From Gammaproteobacteria bacterium (lineage in GTDB: Bacteria; Pseudomonadota; Gammaproteobacteria; Arenicellales; Poriferihabitantaceae): DNA of 64,000 nucleotides. Below, in pieces: positions 1-9,396 of the stretch. The DNA lies in the NCBI GenBank assembly GCA_024644945.1, contig JAHEGU010000008.1, positions 4,868 through 68,867 of the forward strand, in the 5' to 3' direction. The notes under the pieces are model-generated. The model worked only from the letters and a program-made list of their open reading frames with translations, was not told the origin of the DNA and searched no databases. Both the position numbers and the translations under genes were made by a program. Positions within the stretch are counted from its first letter, which is position 1; each line of letters opens with the position of its first letter.

Positions 1-2391
1 GGCCTGTGTAATGCGCTGCCGGAACTTGTGCACGACGCTGAGCGTGGCGGCGCGTTCGAAATCAGAGAAGTGTTAAATGATGAGCCCGGCATGTCACCTA
101 TGCAGATATGGTGTAACGAATCTCAGGAGCGCTATGTGCTGGCTGTTGAGCCAGACAGGTTCGCTGAATTTGAAGCCATTTGTGCCCGTGAGAGATGCCT
201 CTTTGCCCGGGTTGGCGAAGCCACAAAAGAACAACATCTGGTTTTGACTGACCGTCACTTCGAGGGAAAGTCTGCCCATACATCGATCCCTATTGATCTG
301 TCCATGGCGCTCTTGTTTGGGCTGCCGCCAAAGATGAAACGAGACGTGGAGAGCGCGGTCCCTTATCTGGCGCCGCTCGAAAATTCAAAGCGGTCTATTA
401 GTGAATTATTGTCACTGGTTTTATCATTTCCCGCGGTAGCGGATAAGACTTTTCTAGTCACTATTGGAGATCGCAGCGTTACCGGCATGATTGCACGGGA
501 TCAGATGGTTGGACCCTGGCAGGTGCCAGTATCTGACGTCGCGGTAACCTGTTCGGATTATTACGGCTACACGGGCGAGGCCATGGCCGTTGGTGAACGG
601 ACACCCGTGGCAGTTATCAATGCAGAGGCGAGTGGGCGAATGGCCATTGGAGAGGCTTTGACCAATCTTGCTTCGGCAATGATTGGAGAGACCTCATCTA
701 TTCGCCTGTCTGCCAACTGGATGGTCGCTGCCGGAGAACCGGGACATGATGCCGAACTGTATCGCACTGTCCGTGCAGTGGCGTTGGACCTTTGTCCCCA
801 ACTGGCGCTGGCGATTCCGGTTGGCAAGGATTCGATGTCGATGGCAACGCGTTGGCAGGATAATGATGGGCAGGAGCATAAGGTAGTGGCGCCGTTATCC
901 CTGGTAGTCACTGCGTTTTCTCCGGTCGTCGATATACGTGGGACCTGTACCCCATTGATCAGGCTTGATAAGGGACCAACTGAATTATGGTTTTTCGATC
1001 TTGGTTGTGGCAATAATCGACTTGGTGGTTCAGTGCTTGCGCAGGTGCTGGGACAGCTCGGCGATCAGGCACCTGATGTCAATGCAACAGTGCTGAAGCG
1101 TTTTATGAGTTTTATGTGCACTGTTCATCAACAGCAACTAGCCTGCGCTTATCATGATCGTTCCGACGGTGGACTCGCGGCGACCCTGATGGAAATGTGT
1201 TTTACTGCACGCTGCGGAATTGAGATAGATATTGCCGCTCTTGGGCCTGACTCGTTGGCGATTTTGTTCAGCGAGGAGCTCGGCGCAGTGATTCAGGTTG
1301 GTACAAAAGACCGGGATCGTATGCAAGGCTTGGTTGACGACAATGGCTTAGGTGCAATCAGTTATCGAATTGGTCAACCTACCAATAGTCATCGTATCGC
1401 GATTAACAATGGCGCCGAGACCCTTGTGGATGTCGCCCGTGAATCCCTGCATCGAGCCTGGTCAGAGGTGACCTGGCAAATGCAGCGGATGCGTGACAAT
1501 CCTGCTTGCGCGGATCAGGAATATGATCGACTGCTCGATCTCGATGATCCGGGAATTCATCCTACTTTGACTTTTAATCCCGCTGAGGATATTGCGGCGC
1601 CGTTTGTCTCTAGCGGTCACCGACCGCGAATCGCTATTCTTCGGGAGCAAGGTGTTAACGGGCAGCTTGAGATGGCTGCGGCATTTGATCGCGCTGGTTT
1701 CACCGCAGTTGATGTCACCATGAGTGACCTGGTTGGCGGTTTGACTCTAGATGAGTTCCGCGGTTTTGCCGCCTGTGGCGGTTTTTCATTTGGTGACGTG
1801 CTTGGTGCGGGAGAGGGTTGGGCTAAGTCTATTCTGTTTAACAGCCGTTTACGAGACGCGTTTCAGGAGTTTTTTGAACGCTCTGATACTTTTGCTTTAG
1901 GCGTCTGTAATGGTTGCCAGATGATGTCGACGATCAAGGAGCTGATACCAGGTGCAGATCACTGGCCCAGATTTATAAGAAACGCTTCAGAACAGTATGA
2001 AGCGAGGTTCGTCACCGTTAGTATCGAGTCGCAGGTATCAATCTTACTGCACGAGATGCAGGGTTCTCGATTCGCTGTTTCGGTGGCACATGGGGAGGGG
2101 AGGGCGTGGTTTCCAAGTATTGATCACCTGCATGCACTAGAACGATCCGGGCAGGTTGCCATGCGATTTGTCGATAACCATCATCAGGCTACAGAAAGAT
2201 ATCCATTTAATTCCAATGGTTCCCCTCAAGGTGTAACTGGCTTTACCAATGAAGACGGACGATTTACGATCATGATGCCGCATCCTGAGCGCGTATTCAG
2301 AACTATCACGCATTCCTGGCACCCGGATGAGTGGCAAGAGAACAGTCCCTGGATGCGTTTATTTCAGAATGCTCGTGCGTGGGTGGCTTAG
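1..2391 (+). CDS. purL: phosphoribosylformylglycinamidine synthase (large single-chain PurL), C-terminal ~790 aa; 5' end outside window
   Basis: Frame-1 ORF open from base 1 to the stop at 2389-2391. AIR-synthase-like repeats are followed by a class-I glutamine amidotransferase domain with the GVCNGCQMM nucleophile and the HGEG / MPHPER motifs. Confidence 0.9.
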   Translation, partial: GLCNALPELVHDAERGGAFEIREVLNDEPGMSPMQIWCNESQERYVLAVEPDRFAEFEAICARERCLFARVGEATKEQHLVLTDRHFEGKSAHTSIPIDLSMALLFGLPPKMKRDVESAVPYLAPLENSKRSISELLSLVLSFPAVADKTFLVTIGDRSVTGMIARDQMVGPWQVPVSDVAVTCSDYYGYTGEAMAVGERTPVAVINAEASGRMAIGEALTNLASAMIGETSSIRLSANWMVAAGEPGHDAELYRTVRAVALDLCPQLALAIPVGKDSMSMATRWQDNDGQEHKVVAPLSLVVTAFSPVVDIRGTCTPLIRLDKGPTELWFFDLGCGNNRLGGSVLAQVLGQLGDQAPDVNATVLKRFMSFMCTVHQQQLACAYHDRSDGGLAATLMEMCFTARCGIEIDIAALGPDSLAILFSEELGAVIQVGTKDRDRMQGLVDDNGLGAISYRIGQPTNSHRIAINNGAETLVDVARESLHRAWSEVTWQMQRMRDNPACADQEYDRLLDLDDPGIHPTLTFNPAEDIAAPFVSSGHRPRIAILREQGVNGQLEMAAAFDRAGFTAVDVTMSDLVGGLTLDEFRGFAACGGFSFGDVLGAGEGWAKSILFNSRLRDAFQEFFERSDTFALGVCNGCQMMSTIKELIPGADHWPRFIRNASEQYEARFVTVSIESQVSILLHEMQGSRFAVSVAHGEGRAWFPSIDHLHALERSGQVAMRFVDNHHQATERYPFNSNGSPQGVTGFTNEDGRFTIMMPHPERVFRTITHSWHPDEWQENSPWMRLFQNARAWVA

Positions 2392-2394
2392 ACA

Positions 2395-2829
2395 GTGGCA
2401 AGGCCCAAATTTACCTTTGCAAGTTTTATCATTCGTATAATACTGGCAATGGTGCTGGTTTTTCTGACCTATAACCCGCTGGATCCCTGGTCATATTATC
2501 ACTGGGCGTTGAGACCGTTATTGGAGGATTTTGGCGATTTCACCGTTCTAAAAGGTCTGGCTGGAGTCGCACTGTTAATCGGCTGGGGTGTTTTTCTCGG
2601 CGCTACCCTTGGCTCCCTGGGGCTGCTTGGAACTTTACTGGTTGCCCTGTTTTTCGGTCTGCTGTTGTGGTGGTTGATTGATATTGGATGGATATCCATG
2701 GAGAAATCAACCACGCTAAACTGGTTAGCTCTAGTCGCGCTTAGTTTGGTCCTCGGCGCCGGTGTTTCGTGGTCTCACATCAGGCGGAGACTGACGGGTC
2801 AGGTGGACGTTGACGAAACCGAAGAATGA
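2395..2829 (+). CDS. small integral membrane protein, function unknown
   Basis: 144-aa ORF with a GTG start 3 nt after the purL stop. Four hydrophobic segments and an acidic C-terminus. No family recognised. Confidence 0.5.
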   Translation: MARPKFTFASFIIRIILAMVLVFLTYNPLDPWSYYHWALRPLLEDFGDFTVLKGLAGVALLIGWGVFLGATLGSLGLLGTLLVALFFGLLLWWLIDIGWISMEKSTTLNWLALVALSLVLGAGVSWSHIRRRLTGQVDVDETEE

Positions 2830-2860
2830 CTGCGGTGTTAGCTGAGTAGCCGTAGAATTG

Positions 2861-3964
2861 CTACTCGAATGGGAGCGATTCGATAGTGCGTTCCGAAAGG
2901 AATTTCCATCCGCCTGGTGTCTCCGTCATCTCAATGGATTTGATTACCCGGTCACGATAGCTCTTTGATGTGTAGCGTTGCGTAAAACGTACCTCAGTGA
3001 TCTCGTTGTCTACGCGATACACTTCTGCATTAGAAACAATAATCCTGATATTCTTGTTTCTCAACCGCTCCCTTCTCAACTGCTCCCAGCTCACCCGATC
3101 CTGGGAAGCGTCATCGGGAATAAAGTCTTTGCTATAGAACGACAGGTATTTTTCGACATCATTATTTGACCAGGCGGTAGCCCAGCCAAGGATGATTTCA
3201 TCTTCATTGATCAGGGCGTCCTGCTGTTCGGTGACTAGTCGATTCACAGCTTTGGCCGAAGTTCCACTCTCGACTGCGGGGCCATCGAATGTTTGAGCCT
3301 GCTGGTTAGTATCGACCGCTGCGACTTGTGAAGTATTCGGCTCATCTGATTCTGCTTTTGAAATTTCTGGTGGAGTGATTTCAGTTATTCCTATCGATTC
3401 GCTAGTTGGTAAGGAAGAAGTGTCGTCCGCTACGGCTTTAGATGCTGGTTCGGATATTACCGCTACATCAAATGTTGTTTCGGTGCCCTCAGTCACTGGC
3501 TGCGCCACTATGATTTCCGCGGTGCTTTGATCTTCTGCTTCTATAGTTTCTGTCTGCACGCCCGGATCGGATTGAGTTTCAACTTCGTTGATAGTGCCGC
3601 TTGAAGCGATTTGATCTGAACCACTCTGTTGATCAGTGACTGCTGAAGGCGCGGTGGATGGAGCCGGTGCACTCAATTGTTGGCTCGCAGATTGCTCGAT
3701 TTCAGATTGTGATGAGGCGGACTGCAGCAGGCTTGAAATGGCAATGTCATCTTCCACGTTGGAGATCGCGGCGATGAGATCTGTGGGCAGCGTGATCAGG
3801 TTAAAATCCAACACCGGATTTTCTGCCCGAGCCGTAGTTATTGCCAATACGATAGCAACCCCGACAATTCGCCCGGCTGTCGATTGCAGAGGAAGGTAAC
3901 TGGTACCCGGCTTAAATACCGCTCCTCCCTGCATGAAGCGGTGCTTCAACTTCTTCACCAACAC
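2861..3964 (-). CDS. signal-anchored protein with long acidic Ser/Thr/Glu/Gln-rich linker and C-terminal NTF2/SnoaL-like (Cds6-like) domain
   Basis: 367-aa ORF with an N-terminal hydrophobic anchor (RIVGVAIVLAITTARA) and ~200 aa of low-complexity sequence. The C-terminus (WATAWSNNDVEKYLSFYSKDF...) is typical of the small NTF2-like domain found on periplasmic proteins. The start codon is uncertain (M1 or M11). Confidence 0.5.
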   Translation of the reverse strand: MLVKKLKHRFMQGGAVFKPGTSYLPLQSTAGRIVGVAIVLAITTARAENPVLDFNLITLPTDLIAAISNVEDDIAISSLLQSASSQSEIEQSASQQLSAPAPSTAPSAVTDQQSGSDQIASSGTINEVETQSDPGVQTETIEAEDQSTAEIIVAQPVTEGTETTFDVAVISEPASKAVADDTSSLPTSESIGITEITPPEISKAESDEPNTSQVAAVDTNQQAQTFDGPAVESGTSAKAVNRLVTEQQDALINEDEIILGWATAWSNNDVEKYLSFYSKDFIPDDASQDRVSWEQLRRERLRNKNIRIIVSNAEVYRVDNEITEVRFTQRYTSKSYRDRVIKSIEMTETPGGWKFLSERTIESLPFE

Positions 3965-4090
3965 AATCCTCCGGTGTTAATCCCCGCATTACACTTTTCT
4001 CGTTAAGCGGTCCGGCGCTTGTTATTTAGTTTCCCTAACGTCAATTGGGTCGAGTCTTGAGCTTTACTTTTGCCCGTGGTCCCCATCTCT

Positions 4091-5746
4091 CTACATATTG
4101 GCGTAGTTTGGTCCCCCTGTACCTTCTGGCGTGACCCAGGTAATGTTTTTTGTAGGATCTTTGATGTCACACGTCTTACAGTGTACACAATTTTGCGCAT
4201 TAATGTGCAGTTCGGGGCGCTCCTCTTTATTGACGTATTCGTAGACCCCGGCAGGACAAAACCGTTCTTCAGGGCCGCCATAGCGCCTGAAGTTTATCTC
4301 AACTGCACGAGACTCCTCGCCTAGACGCAGGTGCACAGGTTGATCATCCTCATGATAGGTGTTGGATAAAAAAACCGAAGAAGTTTTATCGAAGCTGAGT
4401 ATGCCGTCTGGTTTCGGGTAGTCGATTGGTTGGCACTCGGCAATAGGCTTAAGTGTTTCATGATCCGGCTTCGGGTCAGACAGAGTAAACGGCAGCTTAC
4501 CGCCTAGTATGTTTTGTTCGATGTAGTTCCAGGTGCCGCCCAGCCAGGTGCCAAATTTGTGAATCGCGGCACCAAAATTACGAGATTTGTGTAATTCGTC
4601 ATGCAGCCAGGAGTGTTTAAATCGCTGTTCGTAACCTGCCAGGTCTGCATTGTTAACGAGGTTTTCAAATACCGCCTCCGCCGCCAGCATGCCGGACTTC
4701 ATTGCAGTATGTGAACCTTTAATTTTGGAGAAGTTAAGCGTGCCGGCATCGCAACCAATCAACAGACCGCCCGGCATAACCATCTTCGGCAAAGCGTTGA
4801 GACCGCCTTTTGTTATGGCCCTTGCGCCATAAGTCAATCGCTCGCCACCTTCCAGGTACTGCTTGATTTCCGGGTGATGCTTGAAACGCTGCAGCTCATC
4901 AAACGGACTTACATGGGAGTTAGAGTATGACAGATCGGTTATCATGCCTATGGATACCAGATCATCACCAAGGTGGTACAAAAACGAACCACCGGTGGAG
5001 CCTGACTCCTTGTGCGGCCATCCGGCACCGTGCAAAACGAGTCCGGGTTTGTGCTTGGATTTATTGATCTTCCAAAGCTCTTTAATCCCAATGGCATAGT
5101 GCTGTGACTCGCAGTCCGCGTCCAGATGAAAATGGTCAATCAATTGTTTACCGAGGTGGCCACGACAGCCTTCCGCAAACAACGTGACCCGGGCATGAAG
5201 CTCCATACCCGGTTCGTAAGAATTTTTCGCTTCGCCATCTTTTCCCCGACCCATTTCCCCGGTCGCAACACCCTTGATTGTTCCATCTTCATTGAACAAA
5301 ACTTCCGATGCCGGGAATCCAGGGAAAATCTCCACACCTAGGCTTTCAGCTTGTTCCCCTAACCATCGGACCACTTCGCCAAGACTGACAATATAGTTAC
5401 CATCATTGCGCATTGGCTTCGGGTGCATCCAATGTGGCATGTGGATTGCCTTGTCGGCATTCCGAAACATCAATACTTGGTCTTCAGTTACCGCAGTGTT
5501 AAGCGGAGCACCCATTTCTTTCCAGTCGGGAAATAATTCATCCATAGCACGCGGCTCAAATACAGCGCCCGACAGAATATGCGCGCCCACTTCTGAACCT
5601 TTCTCTAGAACCACGACACTGAGCTCCTGTTCTTTTTCCTGGGCCAGTTGCATCAACCTGCATGCAGCGGAGAGTCCGGCGGGCCCAGCGCCAATAATCA
5701 CAACATCCACTTCCATGGATTCGCGTTCAATCTGGTCTGTCGACAT
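4091..5746 (-). CDS. electron-transfer flavoprotein:ubiquinone oxidoreductase (ETF-QO)
   Basis: 551 aa. N-terminal FAD fold (VVIIGAGPAGLSAA) and a C-terminal 4Fe-4S cluster region (RFCPAGVY...CVHCKTCDIKDP). Length is typical of bacterial ETF-QO. Confidence 0.9.
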   Translation of the reverse strand: MSTDQIERESMEVDVVIIGAGPAGLSAACRLMQLAQEKEQELSVVVLEKGSEVGAHILSGAVFEPRAMDELFPDWKEMGAPLNTAVTEDQVLMFRNADKAIHMPHWMHPKPMRNDGNYIVSLGEVVRWLGEQAESLGVEIFPGFPASEVLFNEDGTIKGVATGEMGRGKDGEAKNSYEPGMELHARVTLFAEGCRGHLGKQLIDHFHLDADCESQHYAIGIKELWKINKSKHKPGLVLHGAGWPHKESGSTGGSFLYHLGDDLVSIGMITDLSYSNSHVSPFDELQRFKHHPEIKQYLEGGERLTYGARAITKGGLNALPKMVMPGGLLIGCDAGTLNFSKIKGSHTAMKSGMLAAEAVFENLVNNADLAGYEQRFKHSWLHDELHKSRNFGAAIHKFGTWLGGTWNYIEQNILGGKLPFTLSDPKPDHETLKPIAECQPIDYPKPDGILSFDKTSSVFLSNTYHEDDQPVHLRLGEESRAVEINFRRYGGPEERFCPAGVYEYVNKEERPELHINAQNCVHCKTCDIKDPTKNITWVTPEGTGGPNYANM

Positions 5747-5892
5747 AATCTGGTATTAAAGTTGGTAATAATTGAAGAATTCAATAAAGCCCAAATAAAT
5801 AAACATCTCAAGCATAATATCTAGTGATATTTTGCAGCTGATAACGCTAAAATTCCACACTGAAAACGGCACTTTATGCGATCAAAACAACT

Positions 5893-7137
5893 ATGACAGC
5901 GTCTACAGCAAAATCTATCCCGCCGCCCCTTTCAACCTTGACTGATCGAGAGCTTTATGACCGGGTCATGACACCTAATTATGCGCCTATGACCATGATT
6001 CCTGAGCGCGGCGAAGGGGTGCGATTGTGGGATACAGATGGTAAGGAATACATGGATTTCGCCGCAGGTATTGCGGTCAGTGCATTAGGTCACGCTCATC
6101 CTGAGTTATGCAAGGCGCTGGCCGAACAGGCAGGCAAGTTCTGGCATGTCAGCAATCTGCTGACCAACAGACCAGCCATCGACCTTGCGAATCGATTGTG
6201 TTCCCTGACTTTCTCCGAACGAGTGTTTTTTGCAAATTCCGGAGCTGAAGCCAATGAGGCTGCGCTGAAACTGGCGCGAAGATATGCCCTTGATCATTAT
6301 GGCCAGGGCAAGACTGAAATCATATCTTTTAATAATTCTTTCCATGGCCGCACTTTTTTCACAGTGTGCGTAGGCGGCCAAAAGAAATACAGTGACGGTT
6401 TCGGACCCAAGCCTGGTGATATCACTCACTTGCCTTTTAATGACGTCGAGGCGCTTCAGTCCGCGGTTAGCGACCGGACCTGCGCCATCATTTTCGAACC
6501 GGTGCAGGGGGAGGGTGGCGTTCATCCTGCAACGGAGGAGTTCGTGCGCACTGCGCGAGAGTTATGCGATCGTTATAACGCTTGTCTGATTTTTGATGAG
6601 GTCCAGATCGGCATGGGACGATCGGGCCATCTTTTTACTTATCAGAAGCTGGGTATAACTCCGGACATTCTTACCAGTGCCAAAGGGCTTGGAGGAGGAT
6701 TTCCAATCGGCGCCATGCTGACCACTGAAGCAATCGCTGATTCTCTTAAGGTTGGCACGCACGGTAGTACTTTCGGTGGAAACCCAATGGCCTGTGCAGT
6801 AGCCTGTAAAGTCTTGGAGATTGTCAGCGATCCAGACATGTTGAGCGCCGTGGAGAGTAAAAGCACTTTGTTGAAAAGCGAGCTCGAAAAACTCAATCAG
6901 AAGTACGATCTATTTACCCAGGTGCGAGGTGATGGACTATTGCTAGGGTGCGAATTGAGTGAAAAATGGAAAGACCGCGCCAGAGACATCTTGACTCAAT
7001 GCGCCGAAGAAGGGCTATTGATTCTGATGGCCGGAGCCAATGTCCTGCGACTCGCACCGCCACTTATCATAGAGGAGAAAGATATTATTGCGGGCGTTGC
7101 AGTCATGGGGCGGGCGGTAGAGAGATTAAACGGCTAG
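5893..7137 (+). CDS. argD: acetylornithine / succinylornithine aminotransferase (class-III PLP aminotransferase)
   Basis: 414 aa. Motifs [26 protein letters not shown] and the PLP-lysine region [11 protein letters not shown]. Collinear with E. coli ArgD/AstC. Confidence 0.85.
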   Translation: MTASTAKSIPPPLSTLTDRELYDRVMTPNYAPMTMIPERGEGVRLWDTDGKEYMDFAAGIAVSALGHAHPELCKALAEQAGKFWHVSNLLTNRPAIDLANRLCSLTFSERVFFANSGAEANEAALKLARRYALDHYGQGKTEIISFNNSFHGRTFFTVCVGGQKKYSDGFGPKPGDITHLPFNDVEALQSAVSDRTCAIIFEPVQGEGGVHPATEEFVRTARELCDRYNACLIFDEVQIGMGRSGHLFTYQKLGITPDILTSAKGLGGGFPIGAMLTTEAIADSLKVGTHGSTFGGNPMACAVACKVLEIVSDPDMLSAVESKSTLLKSELEKLNQKYDLFTQVRGDGLLLGCELSEKWKDRARDILTQCAEEGLLILMAGANVLRLAPPLIIEEKDIIAGVAVMGRAVERLNG

Positions 7138-7187
7138 TCGTGGGCAATTAAGAATTCTCTTGTATTGCAGTAAGTCGGACTAGCGCT

Positions 7188-7280
7188 CGAAATTCCAAAA
7201 CTCGCCACAAGTACATCCCTGTAGGCTCGATTCAGGCCATCCCTGGCCTTCTACGGTTTTAGAATCTCGATCCCTATTCC
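7188..7280 (-). ncRNA. candidate structured RNA element carrying CsrA/RsmA-type GGA hairpins (hypothetical)
   Basis: On the minus strand there are two hairpins with GGGA loops (7212-7223 and 7234-7249). They are enclosed by an imperfect 15-bp helix (7188-7202 pairing with 7255-7269), with AGGGAU and GGAA motifs at 7270-7280. No transcription evidence. Confidence 0.3.
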
Positions 7281-7502
7281 GAAACTGATAGTATGGTGGC
7301 GGATTTATGAGCTTCTACCGCTACTTTGGACTTACAAATAGCCACGAGTAAAGTATTTTTACCCAGTCTGTTCGCAGGACGTAATTGCGGCTCACTCAAG
7401 CTAATCTAAATCCAAGGGCACATTGACTCAGAAGGGCTAACTCGTATGGCGTCAAGGAAGCCTCAAGAATAGTACCGCTAACTCTATTCTGCATCCTGTT
7501 TG

Positions 7503-8276
7503 TTATTTTTCAACAAATGCTCTCTCGATAACAAACTCTTTGAAATCACTTTTACGAGTTTCCTGGAATCCAAGATTGATCAGCATGTCGCTCAAGGTTT
7601 TGAGCATTGCGGGGCTTCCGCATAACATAAACCGATCGTCTTCAACGCTGAGGGGAGGTAAACCGATATCTTGCATAAGCTTTCCGCTTTCAATCAGCAT
7701 ATTAATGCGGCCGTAATTTTTAAAAGCCTCCCTGGTGACCGCGGGATAGTAGATCAATTTTTCTCTCACCTCCTCGCCGAAGAACTCATTGTTTCGCAGC
7801 TTGTGGGTGATCAGATTTTCATAGGTTAACTCGTTGATATAACGACAACCATGAACCAGGACGACTTTTTCGAAATTCTCGTACACTTCCGGATCTTTGA
7901 TGATGGAGAGAAATGGTGCCAGCCCTGTACCAGTACTTAGTAGATACAAGTGCTTGCCTTGTCGAAGATGATCCCACAGCAGCGTACCGGTGGGTTTTTT
8001 ACTGACCAATACGGTATCCCCCACCTTAATATGCTGCAGTCTTGATGTGAGTGGTCCGTCCGGGACTTTGATGCTGTAGAACTCTAGAAAGTCTTCATAG
8101 TTTGCGCTGGCCATACTATACGCGCGCAGGAGCGGTTTACCGTCTACCATGATTCCCATCATGGCGAACTCTCCATTGCGGAATCTGAGAGTCGGATCGC
8201 GAGTAGTGCGAATGGAGAACAGACGGTCCGACCAATGGTGAACATCGGTCACTGTTTCGGTATGCGCTTTTGCCAT
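7503..8276 (-). CDS. fpr: ferredoxin-NADP+ reductase
   Basis: 257 aa. FAD-binding RAYSMAS motif and an NADP-binding GTGLAPF motif. Length matches proteobacterial Fpr. Confidence 0.85.
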   Translation of the reverse strand: MAKAHTETVTDVHHWSDRLFSIRTTRDPTLRFRNGEFAMMGIMVDGKPLLRAYSMASANYEDFLEFYSIKVPDGPLTSRLQHIKVGDTVLVSKKPTGTLLWDHLRQGKHLYLLSTGTGLAPFLSIIKDPEVYENFEKVVLVHGCRYINELTYENLITHKLRNNEFFGEEVREKLIYYPAVTREAFKNYGRINMLIESGKLMQDIGLPPLSVEDDRFMLCGSPAMLKTLSDMLINLGFQETRKSDFKEFVIERAFVEK

Positions 8277-8443
8277 GATTCGGTAATTGAGAGTTTTCTA
8301 AAACTTGGAACGATAGCGGTTTATCTGAAATTACAATTGCTTTAAATCCATTTTGGCGCGTCCCGCTAAGGCTTTGATTAATCCGCGAGCATGATTTTAA
8401 CAAGCCATTACGGTTATTACTTGTCTCTTCTACTGCGCTTAAA

Positions 8444-9394
8444 TTAAGCGTTTTCCGCGAGCCAGGTGTCAATCAAACCCCGTGCAATAGAGTCTTTTGG
8501 CGGCAGCGCAATTTCGGTGTTCGGGCCATCGAATTCGCCAAATGAACGCATTTCATCGGCGCTGAACCAGGCAGCGTGTTCCAGCTCATTGTTGTCGATT
8601 ACGATTTCACGGTCGTCAGTACTGGCTCGAAAGCCAAACATCATGGAGGCGGGGAAGGGCCAAGGTTGTGACGCCACATAGGTTGGATTGATTACCCTCA
8701 GTCCGGCTTCTTCATATACTTCCCTTATGACTGCTTGTTCAAGATTTTCAACCGGGTCGACGAAGCCTGCGAGAGTGGAGTACATGCGTTTGGGAAGTTT
8801 GTCGTGGCGTCCGAGTAAACAGCGTGGAATCCCGTCGATCGGATTATTCTGTTCAACCAGCATAATCACGGCAGGGTCAATGCGGGGAAAAATTTCGCTG
8901 CTGCATGCTTCGCAGAAACGCATGTGGCCGCCCCGTTTGCTATGTGTCTTGCGGCCACATTGGGAACAGAACTTGTGATTTTGATGCCAGTAGGCCATGG
9001 CTCTTGCCAGAGCGAGTATAGAAGCCTGGCCGGGCTCCAGCAGGGTTCCGATACGACGCAGGTTGACCATTTCACATTCTGGTGCAGCGTGCCCAAGAAT
9101 TTTCAGCACTCGACGCTCCGGCAGTTGCGCCAGATCTGCTGCGAAAACGGGTGCCTGACCATCGTGTCCAAGGTAGATGACTTCAGTAGCATTGCCCAGG
9201 ATAAGTGCAGCATCACTTATTCGCAGATAAACAGGTTCTGGAATACCGCTGGTTAATCTCACCAGGTTCATTTGGGACCAGATAACAACCACCAGCGCGT
9301 CATCTGAAGCCAGCTGCGCATTCAGCCATTCACTTTGTTGTCTTAGATCCGCATGCCGTTCCAGCGGCATCGAGCAGTAGTAAAGCGGTTGCAC
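8444..9394 (-). CDS. nudC: NAD+ diphosphatase (NADH pyrophosphatase), Nudix family
   Basis: 316 aa. Zinc ribbon CSQCGRKT...CEACSSEIFPRIDPAVI followed by a Nudix box GFVDPVENLEQAVIREVYEEAGL. The start codon is not certain. Confidence 0.8.
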   Translation of the reverse strand: MQPLYYCSMPLERHADLRQQSEWLNAQLASDDALVVVIWSQMNLVRLTSGIPEPVYLRISDAALILGNATEVIYLGHDGQAPVFAADLAQLPERRVLKILGHAAPECEMVNLRRIGTLLEPGQASILALARAMAYWHQNHKFCSQCGRKTHSKRGGHMRFCEACSSEIFPRIDPAVIMLVEQNNPIDGIPRCLLGRHDKLPKRMYSTLAGFVDPVENLEQAVIREVYEEAGLRVINPTYVASQPWPFPASMMFGFRASTDDREIVIDNNELEHAAWFSADEMRSFGEFDGPNTEIALPPKDSIARGLIDTWLAENA

Positions 9395-9396
9395 GT

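Noticed and set aside
5770-5800. ARG-box-like sequence (ATTGAAGAATTCAAT) in the divergent ETF-QO/argD promoter region.
   Set aside because: The half-site spacing does not fit the 18-bp TNTGAATWWWWATTCANW ARG box. It is probably a chance AT-rich partial palindrome.
7169-7336. GacA-box half sites (GTAAGTC at 7170-7176 and GACTTACA at 7330-7337) near the GGA-hairpin cluster.
   Set aside because: The two halves are about 160 nt apart rather than forming a TGTAAG-N6-CTTACA dyad. They cannot be called a GacA upstream activating sequence.
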